Positions 36,390 to 44,632 of a DNA stretch of 44,632 nt are shown here, one piece after another. Position numbers and translations under genes: made by a program. The notes under the pieces were generated by a model. That model ran no database searches. It had not been told where the DNA came from and was given only the letters and a program-made list of their open reading frames with translations. How positions within the stretch are numbered: position 1 is the stretch's first letter; each line of letters starts with the position of its first letter. The stretch lies in IMG/VR virus record IMGVR_UViG_3300045988_026856, positions 1-44,632 of that record; one strand, written 5' to 3'. This DNA comes from a virus. Lineage: Duplodnaviria > Heunggongvirae > Uroviricota > Caudoviricetes.

Positions 36390-36905
36390 CTAACCTCCGT
36401 GATTCTCATGAAAGCCGTAGCGAACAATCGCAGATTTCCGTGCACAAGCCGCGTCAAATATATTGTCATGATGCCCCAGGAATATAAGTTTACCACCAAC
36501 AAATATACATGCTTTCCATTTAGCCGCTCGTGCGTTCCAGTGCACACCTGTGATACCTGACTTGTTATCTTTTCTCCGAGATGCGTTTCTGTTGTTATCA
36601 GTACGGGATACTTTACGAAGGTTGCATGCACGATTATCATCCAGGATGTGATTTATATGGTCTACTTCATCGTCAGGCCCTAAACGGTCATTGTTATGCA
36701 TCTCCCACGCGATGCGATTAGCCCTGTAACTAACCCCTCTGACGACGATACAGATGTAGCCCCTCTTACTTGGGCTACCGGCTTCGTCTCCGGCGTTTAT
36801 ACTGTGCCTCGGGGAATACTTCCATCGTATCTTCCCCGTGTCAGGTTCGTAGTAGAAATGGTCATGCCAATTAATTAAATCTCTCATAAACCACCCCATC
36901 ATCAT
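36390..36905 (-). CDS. HNH homing endonuclease with AP2-like DNA-binding domain
   Basis: VDHINHILDDNRACNLRKVSRTDNN HNH motif; GITGVHWNARAAKWKA...GKLIFLG AP2-like. Confidence 0.8.
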   Translation of the reverse strand: MMMGWFMRDLINWHDHFYYEPDTGKIRWKYSPRHSINAGDEAGSPSKRGYICIVVRGVSYRANRIAWEMHNNDRLGPDDEVDHINHILDDNRACNLRKVSRTDNNRNASRRKDNKSGITGVHWNARAAKWKACIFVGGKLIFLGHHDNIFDAACARKSAIVRYGFHENHGG

Positions 36906-39103
36906 TTAGCATATCTGTACATTTCGCTACCTTCCGCTACAAGAGGGAACCCCTCCGCCCACTCTGGCAACGCACACATTAATTTTTCCAGTTCAGGCAC
37001 CGTGTAATCCGGCGTATCTGGAGTTTCACATACCAGTTCATCGTGTACCGAAAGCACGATGGGATACCCGCCACCCTCAACATTAATCATCGCATATGCG
37101 AGTAAATCACGGCACAGCGCCTGAACAATGTTTTCGCAGGCTTTGCCGCCGTGGGTGTACAGGGTAGTCCATTGGCGGGTTAACTGGTTTTCACCCTGAT
37201 ACTTGATTCGCACATTCGTGTTTACCCGTCCGTCTTCGTCTGTTTCTTTTGTCACGCTAACGCCGATTCCTGGATACGAGAGGATACGGCCCGACGGCAA
37301 CTCCATACACAACCACCAACCGGGAACCTTCCTACCGGATGAATCGGTTTCTACTGTTCTCCAGATTCGGATAGCGCGCTCGCCATTCTTGCGCAGATGC
37401 GCCCCCGCCCAAAATTCACGACCCGGATTTCTTACAGCGGCTAAAATACCGTCTTTGAGGTCGCGCCAGAACGCTACTGTTTCCGGGTGTGACTCGCGCC
37501 ACATACGCTTGATTGCGTCGCAGGTGCGCCACACTTTCTTGTCCAGAATATACGATGGTCGGTCATCCTTCTCACCTGGATGCGGGGGGCGCTTGGCTTC
37601 CTGGATGCGCGCCCATTCATATCCTCTCGCGGTGGCTGACCAGATGTGGTCCGGGAATGTACCGTCCATTGTTTTAGCCATCTCAATAAGGTCGAGGCCT
37701 AAGTTTTTGGCGAACGTAACGAATGCTCCGACGCCTCCCTCGTAGCCGAGGCCCAGTTCGCATGCTTTGCCTATCTGTCTGATTTCCTTAAAGTTTTTCT
37801 TAATATCGTCGGGGTCCATGCCAAACATCTTACCTGCAGTTACGCAATAAATATCCAACCCGGCGCGGAAAGTATCAAGCGCGGTTTCTTCGCCTGCCAA
37901 CCACGCAAGCCCACGACCCTCAACGTTAGAGTAATCGGCAACAACAAACTTATGCCCCACTTCCGGTATGATGCAGCTACGTACCGTCGATGCCGTTAGC
38001 TTGGCTACATCAAAACGGCGGTGTGCCCGGCCTTTAAGTAACGCTGAAATGCCTTTATCCAGTTCATCATCGTGATAGTACCCGCGCGCCAGGTTCTGTG
38101 GTTGGAAGCCTTTACCCGCCCACCGCAAAGTGCGTTTTGCCCCACCGTACTGTAAACAACCCCGGCGGCGGTCGTCCGATGAGCGGCCCAACAGCAGTGG
38201 GTTATATTTCGTTGACGCGGTGGATGCGGCCCCGAGGCGCATTTCGATAATCGTGCGAGCATCGTCCGGTAAATCATCGTCCGCCAGCAGGTCGTTAAGC
38301 GTAGACTTCTGCGCGTTGTGGATGCGGTGCGCAGGGGCCAGTTCACGAAGAATCGGCAGAAAGTCCTTACCAGTAAGCGAGCCGCCGTATTTGCGTTGGG
38401 CTTCCTCCTGTAACTGCGCTTTGTGTTTCTCCACGGCTTCAATAGCGGCTTCCGCCAGTGCAACGTCAACCTTAAACCCGCGGTCGTTGATTAACTGGTC
38501 CAGTTCCAGTACACGGTCTTCGAACTCAGAGTTACCCCAACGCGGCAGCTTATGGAAGACTTCACGCATCGCAGTGATGTCGCTCACGGCGTACTTGATG
38601 AACCGCGCCCACTCGTCCGGGTGTGTTTCTGCGGTGTAGCGGCGGATTTTGTAATTCTTCGGTGTCGGTTTAGAGAAACGCTGAATCAGCGCCTTGCCGC
38701 GTTTATCTTTTGCATTGTCAGCAGACACGCCAAGCACTTCACACAGCGCATCAAGCGAACCCGGCAGCGCGTGACGAAACGCCCAAATCATCGTATCAAT
38801 GGTGTTGCTTACGGGAATATCAAAGCCCCAGCAGTGTTTCATGATGGGCCTATCGAACATTGAGCCGTTGTGCCACACCATCTTAATACGACTGTTTGGC
38901 TTAACCAGCCGGCGCAAGGCGCGGTGCAAATCGCCCGGCATGTCACTGCCGTCGGTGCAGTCCCATGCCTGCACAGGCTCGTCGTCAAAAGCATAGGTAC
39001 AGATAAGCACTTCGGTAGTTGGGTGTTCGGCGTAAGCGTAGGAGCCGACTTTCTTCAAATCGGCTTCGGAGAATGTTTCAAAGTCTAAGAACAGGTAACT
39101 CAT
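36902..39103 (-). CDS. family A DNA polymerase with 3'-5' exonuclease domain
   Basis: N-terminal FLDFETFS exonuclease motif; DYSNVEGR motif A-like. Confidence 0.85.
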   Translation of the reverse strand: MSYLFLDFETFSEADLKKVGSYAYAEHPTTEVLICTYAFDDEPVQAWDCTDGSDMPGDLHRALRRLVKPNSRIKMVWHNGSMFDRPIMKHCWGFDIPVSNTIDTMIWAFRHALPGSLDALCEVLGVSADNAKDKRGKALIQRFSKPTPKNYKIRRYTAETHPDEWARFIKYAVSDITAMREVFHKLPRWGNSEFEDRVLELDQLINDRGFKVDVALAEAAIEAVEKHKAQLQEEAQRKYGGSLTGKDFLPILRELAPAHRIHNAQKSTLNDLLADDDLPDDARTIIEMRLGAASTASTKYNPLLLGRSSDDRRRGCLQYGGAKRTLRWAGKGFQPQNLARGYYHDDELDKGISALLKGRAHRRFDVAKLTASTVRSCIIPEVGHKFVVADYSNVEGRGLAWLAGEETALDTFRAGLDIYCVTAGKMFGMDPDDIKKNFKEIRQIGKACELGLGYEGGVGAFVTFAKNLGLDLIEMAKTMDGTFPDHIWSATARGYEWARIQEAKRPPHPGEKDDRPSYILDKKVWRTCDAIKRMWRESHPETVAFWRDLKDGILAAVRNPGREFWAGAHLRKNGERAIRIWRTVETDSSGRKVPGWWLCMELPSGRILSYPGIGVSVTKETDEDGRVNTNVRIKYQGENQLTRQWTTLYTHGGKACENIVQALCRDLLAYAMINVEGGGYPIVLSVHDELVCETPDTPDYTVPELEKLMCALPEWAEGFPLVAEGSEMYRYAK

Positions 39104-39162
39104 TATTTTCGACCCTTAGTAAAAAGGCCCAATGAAGGGCCTTAGTTAAATTGATTCAGATA

Positions 39163-39789
39163 TTAGCGACGGCGACGTTCGCGGCGTGGTGCTTCATCTT
39201 CTTCGTCATCCTCAAGGTCATTGACGCTTGCAGCGACTTTAGAACCACCGAACGCTTTACCTTCGCCTACGTATTTAATCGCCAGCAGGTTAACCCCGAG
39301 AACTTTATATTTCTGGCTGAACCAGATTTCGACGCTTACGTTAGCGACGCAGCCGCTGTAAACTTGTTCACCTTCAATCTGTTCGCCGTCTACATTGAAG
39401 TCCTGCTCTACCTGAGTCTCACCTTTTTTAGAGGTAACAATCAGCGGCTGTTTCTGTGCCTTCGCTTTGAAGTAGAAGCCCTCCGGGAAGTCTTCAAACG
39501 GATTGTCACGCTCAGCAATGTCTTTAATCGCACATTTATCCATGTGCTTACCTTCGCCGTAGTTAGACTTCATCCACTTCTCAGCGGCGGCTGCACCTAA
39601 CGCTTCTTCAACTACAGCGTAAACGGTGTCGTAGAGCGCGTCGATTTGCGCGTGGTCGGACGGCAGGATAATAGTCGCGCTGTACTGACCTTTAGTGATT
39701 GAACCATCATCATTTTCACGGTCTTTTTCGCGTTCGAATACGTTAACCCAAGCAGTGTTTACTTTACGCAGATTTAATTTCAGCCCCAT
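39163..39789 (-). CDS. DUF2815-like protein (putative ssDNA-binding)
   Basis: Position between Pol A and DUF2800-like nuclease; GAGGAA RBS. Confidence 0.55.
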   Translation of the reverse strand: MGLKLNLRKVNTAWVNVFEREKDRENDDGSITKGQYSATIILPSDHAQIDALYDTVYAVVEEALGAAAAEKWMKSNYGEGKHMDKCAIKDIAERDNPFEDFPEGFYFKAKAQKQPLIVTSKKGETQVEQDFNVDGEQIEGEQVYSGCVANVSVEIWFSQKYKVLGVNLLAIKYVGEGKAFGGSKVAASVNDLEDDEEDEAPRRERRRR

Positions 39790-39844
39790 TTCTCGATTCC
39801 TCAGTTTTCAGTTTACTCCGGGAGCTGCCCGGCCAGTGATTAGA

Positions 39845-39873
39845 ACTATAATAGCTAACTATTCAGGTGTCAA
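39845..39873 (-). promoter_or_regulatory. promoter TTGACA-N17-TATAGT with AATAG-N4-CTATT
   Basis: Consensus -35, 17-nt spacer. Confidence 0.45.
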
Positions 39874-39877
39874 CACT

Positions 39878-41140
39878 TTATTCCAAATCTTCTTCACTAA
39901 CCTGATTCCACTCAGGCCGTTTGTCGTCTGCCGTTGTGATGCATGGGGCACCTGGCTTACGTGTGATGAAGTCTTTCAGTTCTTCTTCCGGTATCACTTT
40001 AACAGCTTCGGTTGGCGTCATGAGCACTTCTTTAGTCAGCTTGTCGCCGTAGAGTTCTGTTACTTTCTCCGCGTCTTTCCACGCACGATTGCCCATCTTA
40101 CCTTCAACCAGCTTGTACCCAGGAACTTTCTTACCGGAATGCAACGCGGCAGCCATAGCTTTCTCAACCTTATCGATGTGCTGGCGCAACAGCGGCAGCT
40201 TCTCATACTCAGCTACGAGTTGCTCCGGCGTAAGTTCCAGTGCAAAGTCGTCTTCCAGTTCTTCCGCCAGTACAGAATTAACCGTCTTTGTGCGCGCTGC
40301 GCACTGTTCAGAGAACCGGCACCACTGACAACCATCTACGGACGGCTTGAAGTCAGACGCTTTCAGGTTCTTCTTGCCGCGGTAATACGCATCAAGGGCC
40401 AACAGTGCACGTTTCTGTGCGAACTTAGCGAACAGTTCCAAACCTTCAACCGAGATGTCCCACTCCGACGCACCCCCGGCATACGGCTGGAAGATTACCA
40501 GGCGCACGACTGTGATGTTATACCGTCTCTTGAGCCGGCGATAAACACCGAGAGCGTAAAGCATAAGCTGCTTGTTTTCTTTCGCTTCTACACGATGCCG
40601 TCCTGTTTTCAGGTCGCCAATGATTAGCATATGCTCATCGGTGTTAGCCAGTTCCTGAACGGCAACAAGGTCGGCGGTTCCGAACGTCTCAACGCCTTCG
40701 TAACCAGGATGCAACACCTCAGTAAGATTTACCCGCATCTCGAGCTTGGCATAAGTCGCTACGTCTATAATCGCTTTGCAGTAGTCGGTGTACTTGCGCA
40801 CCTGCTCAATCATGTCCGCCGTGATTAGTACAGCGCCTTTCATCGGACTAATTAGCGCCTTAATCTGGCCTTTACCCTCGTCCAGCACGTAAGCGCCGAC
40901 TTCACGCTCTAGCGGCAGTGCATTGCCGCGGATATAGGCGTTGAGATGTACCTCAGCTATGGTGTGCATAGCCGTGCCTAATACCGCGGCTTTACCGGAC
41001 GTGTTGGGGATATCTTTCTCACAGGCCAGTGATGCGGCGCAGCTTAGCCACTTTTTAGCCCCGGACGGCGATAGTAAAGCGTGTACGTCGTTATTGCCAC
41101 CGCGTTCTTTTAGTTTCATGCTCTTAAACTCCCACCCCAT
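39878..41140 (-). CDS. PD-(D/E)xK / Cas4-like nuclease (DUF2800-like) with C-terminal Cys cluster
   Basis: LLSPSGAKKWLSCAASL start region; CQWCRFSEQC; likely true start at 41119 (GGAG RBS). Confidence 0.65.
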   Translation of the reverse strand: MGWEFKSMKLKERGGNNDVHALLSPSGAKKWLSCAASLACEKDIPNTSGKAAVLGTAMHTIAEVHLNAYIRGNALPLEREVGAYVLDEGKGQIKALISPMKGAVLITADMIEQVRKYTDYCKAIIDVATYAKLEMRVNLTEVLHPGYEGVETFGTADLVAVQELANTDEHMLIIGDLKTGRHRVEAKENKQLMLYALGVYRRLKRRYNITVVRLVIFQPYAGGASEWDISVEGLELFAKFAQKRALLALDAYYRGKKNLKASDFKPSVDGCQWCRFSEQCAARTKTVNSVLAEELEDDFALELTPEQLVAEYEKLPLLRQHIDKVEKAMAAALHSGKKVPGYKLVEGKMGNRAWKDAEKVTELYGDKLTKEVLMTPTEAVKVIPEEELKDFITRKPGAPCITTADDKRPEWNQVSEEDLE

Positions 41141-41314
41141 TTAACTTTACGCGTTTTGCGTTTATATGCGCACGTGTCGCCGCTACGGTTGAATATAATC
41201 AGCCAAGTCGAGTTGCTTACTCGAAAAGGCTGGTGGCGTTTAATAAAGAGAAGTCGCGCTTTACGGTTCGTCATTCTGTAAACTCCTAAATCCACGCGAA
41301 ATCAGAATACATAA

Positions 41315-41593
41315 TTACAAACATGCTCTGTTCTCCCACTGGTCAATTAAATGTCTGGTCTGGTGCTGGCAATGCATGGCCCATCCATACATCGACTCGA
41401 AGACATAAAAGTCAGGCTTGGCAAAAGTCGTGCGCTTAATCTGCGACACATGACGGCCTATATCTTTAGCCCGCGGTACTTTGCCTAAGTACGCCATCTC
41501 TTCCATCTGGTGCGCACCTGACGGCGCACGCAACAGCCACAACGCCTCTGTGTTATCCCGCCTGTCAACGGCGCGGTAGAGTTGGTAAATCAT
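41315..41593 (-). CDS. hypothetical protein (92 aa)
   Basis: ORF track; GAGGG RBS. Confidence 0.5.
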   Translation of the reverse strand: MIYQLYRAVDRRDNTEALWLLRAPSGAHQMEEMAYLGKVPRAKDIGRHVSQIKRTTFAKPDFYVFESMYGWAMHCQHQTRHLIDQWENRACL

Positions 41594-41636
41594 AATTACG
41601 ACCCTCAGTTAAAGCGGCCCGAAGGCCGCGAGATAA

Positions 41637-42146
41637 TTATTCTTCTTCGAAATACTTGTTCTTGATTGCTGTCAGGCGTTCCAGGTACTCGGCCAGGTCT
41701 TCGTCTTTAATCGCGGCAATCTTCATCTTCTTACCTGTGAACTCTTCCAGCAGTTCATCAGAATCGTCGCACGCGGCATCGCTCGGACCTTCGTTAATTG
41801 CATCGTCGATAGCCTGAATCTGGTCACGAAGAGACTGGTAATCGACCTCTTCTTTCTCTTCTTCTGGTTCTGGCGTCGACTCCTCTACTTTAGCTTTACG
41901 CTGCTTACGTTTTGGCTTCTCTTCTTCTGCCGGTTTAGTGTCGACGATGTCTTCACCTTCTACCGGGATTTCTTTCCCGATACCAGTGCCTGGGTCGACT
42001 TCAAGTACCTCCCCCGTAACCGATACGTCTACAAGCATTTCACCTACATGCTCAGTTGGGGCCACAGGACGTTTTGCACTGTTCGCAGCAATCAGTTCAT
42101 GTGCAACTACGAAACGTTCCAGTAATACTAAGAATTTCTCTAACAT
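41637..42146 (-). CDS. highly acidic protein (169 aa), first gene of the leftward operon
   Basis: D/E-rich C-terminal half; immediately downstream of tandem promoters. Confidence 0.55.
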   Translation of the reverse strand: MLEKFLVLLERFVVAHELIAANSAKRPVAPTEHVGEMLVDVSVTGEVLEVDPGTGIGKEIPVEGEDIVDTKPAEEEKPKRKQRKAKVEESTPEPEEEKEEVDYQSLRDQIQAIDDAINEGPSDAACDDSDELLEEFTGKKMKIAAIKDEDLAEYLERLTAIKNKYFEEE

Positions 42147-42177
42147 TTGTTTCTCTCCTCTCGTTTGGTATGGGCTA

Positions 42178-42206
42178 ACTATAATAGTGAACTATTCACA
42201 TGTCAA
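42178..42206 (-). promoter_or_regulatory. promoter TTGACA-N17-TATAGT with AATAGTTCACTATT palindrome
   Basis: Consensus -35, 17-nt spacer. Confidence 0.5.
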
Positions 42207-42221
42207 TGGGCTTTTCTAAAA

Positions 42222-42250
42222 TAATTAATATGGTACTATTCACATATCAA
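42222..42250 (-). promoter_or_regulatory. second tandem copy (TTGATA-N17-TAATTA); promoter or operator
   Basis: 16-bp direct repeat of ACTATTCACAT(G/A)TCAA 44 bp from the first copy. Confidence 0.3.
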
Positions 42251-42270
42251 CTGACTAAGGAGTAACTGAC

Positions 42271-42486
42271 ATGCAACCATCTGAATTAGGCATCCGTGTA
42301 GAACAACGCCGTAAAGAACTCGGCATCTCCCAGCGCCGTCTGGCGGTGCTGACCGGGGTTTCCCAGGGCGCAATTAACCAGCTGGCACTTGGGGTAACCC
42401 AGGACGTCCGCCCGGCAACGCTGTTTAAACTGGCGGAAGTGCTGGAGGTAGACGCCAAGTGGCTGGCGCTAGGTGAAGGGGCTTAA
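42271..42486 (+). CDS. XRE-family (Cro/CI-type) HTH regulator
   Basis: LGISQRRLAVLTGVSQGAINQL HTH; AGGAG RBS. Confidence 0.7.
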   Translation: MQPSELGIRVEQRRKELGISQRRLAVLTGVSQGAINQLALGVTQDVRPATLFKLAEVLEVDAKWLALGEGA

Positions 42487-42500
42487 TGCCCCTTTCTTTT
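42478..42500 (+). terminator. intrinsic terminator (GGGGC-TTAAT-GCCCC + TTTCTTTTT)
   Basis: Stem overlapping the XRE stop codon. Confidence 0.45.
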
Positions 42501-42503
42501 TAC

Positions 42504-44632
42504 CTACTCCAAATCCTCTTCTGTCACTATCAGCATCTCATTCGGTTCGTATAGTGTCTTCGGCCTTAATCTATCCCCTATTCTTTCGGGTATACGATAT
42601 GTTCTCGGTACTACTTCGCCGTTAGCATCGCAACCAAGCATTAGTTCTCCATCTTTCAACATTTTATCAAGATGGGTGTTAGTCACAGAGAAGTCACCGG
42701 AACGAGCCACTATCTGCTGCTGAGTAAAACCACGACCTGTATCATCTGACTGTTGCAGGTCTTCCAGTGCCGAAAGTATTGACTCCTTCCTTACCTCATC
42801 CCTGCCGCGTTTAACTTCTTCCTTTACTTTTTGTTTACCTTCGTTAGTTAGCCCTTCTTCCCGCTCTTTCTCCTCGTCAGTTTTGAACGGTTCGAAACCC
42901 CACGGCATCAGCACAAGCGCTTTGTGCGGCTCCGGCAGGTCGAGGTTTACGATTGTGCCATATTCCTCTGTGTTACCCAGGAACTCAACCGCACGGTACT
43001 CTTTCGGCGGCGGGGCTTCACGGAACTGTACAGACTCCAGCACCATGCCAACCGTCTTCTGTTGAGGCCCGTGCTTAAATTTAGAGTGGTATACGTTTAT
43101 CTGACGGTCGGTCGCGCGTTCGATTGTCAGTTCCACGTCGACCCCCGCATACAGAGCGCCACTACCACGGGCTTTCTTTCCGCCCTTCGGCGTATGGTGA
43201 ACAACGCCTACCGCGGCTTTAGTCGCGTCGCGTACTTCTTTCAGGATAGCGATAACTTTGCCCATACCGATTGCCGTTGATGAACTGTTCTCGTCGAACT
43301 TATCAATCGTCAGGGCCAGGGTCTGGTTAAGGGTGTCGAACGCAACCATGCCGATAGGTTCATCGCCCGCAGTTTCGCGCATTAACTTAATCAGGCTTTT
43401 CAGTTTGCCGACTTCACCCATATCAATGACATGTACATAATCTTTACCTTCCACGCCGTATTTAGCCGCGAGTGCATCAATACGGGTGCGCGTAGCAGCA
43501 CCACCTTCGCCATCAATATAGAAATGGTGGCAACGCTGTGTATCAGCCCCTGCGAACCGGTATCCCGCCGCGCTAAGGTACATCATCCCCAGCGTATAGA
43601 ACGATTTGTACGTGCCAGATTCCCCGACAATATCCCATATACAATCCGACGGCATGTACCCTTCAACGACGAAATCAGCCTTTACCGGTTCCGGTAACTC
43701 GTCCTCCTCTGAGTCCTCGTCGTCTTCCAGGTCGTACAGGCTGCAAGTTACAGGATCCTCGTTCTCTGCGCGGTGTAGTTCTTCAATCTCTTCATCCGGT
43801 AAATCAGGCAAAGCAGCACGAATGCTGTTAATGCTAATAGGTTGCTTGTCTACGTTAAGCTCGTCCGGAAGGCCGCACATACGCAGGGCCAAATGTTGTC
43901 GGCGGTTAAGCTCGGTGCAGGCACCGTTGTTCGTATGCTGGCATACAAAGCGCACTTCTTTGCCGTCGAGCATGATGCTGGTGGAGCCTTTGCCGGTGTG
44001 CAGATGCTCATTAGGGCATGGCACTTCATACCCTCGACCGGAAGATAAAGCGTCAAGGCCCAGCTCGGCTTCGCAGAAATGCGCTATATCTGCGTTAAGC
44101 CCGTGCTCATCGGCGGCAAGTGTCTTAGCTTCGCGTTTACGCAGCCCCATCTCTTCTGCTTTCTTGATGTACCGCTCCGCACGTATAACACGCCCTTCTG
44201 TAACAGTTATCTTCGACTCTTTATGTGGCAGGTAGATAAGGCGGTTGCCATCTTCTGTGCAGTGGTCACGCAAGGCCTCGTCTATTTCCAACTCTGCACA
44301 AATAGCACGTTGCACCATCCACGCATCGTTAGAGTTAAACGGCGTGCGAGCCGGAACCAGAACGCGGAATGCGTAATCACCGTTTTTACACGCGTGCTGA
44401 TGCGACGCCGTTGTATGCAGAATATTGAAGAACGGTGCGTTCTTGAATTTGCGTATCAGGTCGCGGTACTGAGTACGGTTGAGATGGTCAAAGTCGAACT
44501 TAACCACACTGTCTTCCAGGATAGCGTTCTTACGGCGACCACCAACAGGCGCAATTGCTTTCTGCTTAATCTTGGCCGCGTCGTACTCTTCCTTAGTCCA
44601 CGACGGGTCTACGGACAAACGCTTCGATGTAT
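42504..44632 (-). CDS. DNA primase/helicase (N-terminal primase-like region with zinc-binding motif plus RecA/DnaB-like ATPase); 5' end continues at 56..149
   Basis: Walker A GESGTYKS, Walker B-like MVAFDTL; C..H...C..H motif; ORF open through the window junction. Confidence 0.75.
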   Translation of the reverse strand, partial: TSKRLSVDPSWTKEEYDAAKIKQKAIAPVGGRRKNAILEDSVVKFDFDHLNRTQYRDLIRKFKNAPFFNILHTTASHQHACKNGDYAFRVLVPARTPFNSNDAWMVQRAICAELEIDEALRDHCTEDGNRLIYLPHKESKITVTEGRVIRAERYIKKAEEMGLRKREAKTLAADEHGLNADIAHFCEAELGLDALSSGRGYEVPCPNEHLHTGKGSTSIMLDGKEVRFVCQHTNNGACTELNRRQHLALRMCGLPDELNVDKQPISINSIRAALPDLPDEEIEELHRAENEDPVTCSLYDLEDDEDSEEDELPEPVKADFVVEGYMPSDCIWDIVGESGTYKSFYTLGMMYLSAAGYRFAGADTQRCHHFYIDGEGGAATRTRIDALAAKYGVEGKDYVHVIDMGEVGKLKSLIKLMRETAGDEPIGMVAFDTLNQTLALTIDKFDENSSSTAIGMGKVIAILKEVRDATKAAVGVVHHTPKGGKKARGSGALYAGVDVELTIERATDRQINVYHSKFKHGPQQKTVGMVLESVQFREAPPPKEYRAVEFLGNTEEYGTIVNLDLPEPHKALVLMPWGFEPFKTDEEKEREEGLTNEGKQKVKEEVKRGRDEVRKESILSALEDLQQSDDTGRGFTQQQIVARSGDFSVTNTHLDKMLKDGELMLGCDANGEVVPRTYRIPERIGDRLRPKTLYEPNEMLIVTEEDLE
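44578..44632. repeat. 55-bp terminal copy identical to 1..55
   Basis: Direct comparison. Confidence 0.9.

Noticed and set aside
37203-38996. Several plus-strand ORFs (37203..37745, 38130..38639, 38552..38863, 38799..38996)
   Set aside because: All antisense to the DNA polymerase gene; Ser/Arg-rich low-complexity translations.
43606-44235. 209-aa plus-strand ORF
   Set aside because: Antisense to the primase/helicase gene; Ser-rich low-complexity translation, no RBS.
1-44632. tRNA genes and CRISPR arrays
   Set aside because: No T-loop-like GTTCGAATCC-type motifs in noncoding regions and no regularly spaced direct repeats with spacers were seen by eye; a tRNA scan would be needed to exclude tRNAs formally.

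Overview
The window is a complete, circularly permuted genome of a tailed dsDNA phage (about 44,577 bp unique; bases 1..55 repeat 44578..44632). No integrase, tRNA or CRISPR array was seen, and the tail module has a tape measure and tail-tip proteins but no sheath, so it looks like a virulent siphovirus-type phage. Layout: a rightward early operon of small genes (1297..4891) ending in a lysis cassette (4967..6092); a second small-gene block (6272..7754); a rightward late module with terminase, portal, Mu F-like head protein, spanins, scaffold, capsid, neck and tail genes, tape measure, tail tip and a beta-helix tailspike (7965..33113); and a leftward replication module (33143..42146) that continues through the primase/helicase across the window junction. 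The strongest accessory candidates are two minus-strand inserts in the tail gene cluster, each with its own promoter and flanked by bidirectional terminators: (1) a small 2-TM membrane protein, an HTH-fused SbcD/Mre11-like metallophosphoesterase and a small protein (20025..21613); (2) a protein with three zinc-ribbon repeats fused to a GIY-YIG-like (T5orf172-type) domain (24934..25893). Other notable points are an in-frame TAG inside an Ig-like domain gene, an AATAG-N4-CTATT inverted repeat at the -10 region of at least six sigma70-like promoters, and a spanin pair sitting in the head module far from the holin/endolysin genes. All domain calls are from motif recognition by eye; no searches were run, and coordinates of regulatory sites I derived myself may be off by 1-2 bp.
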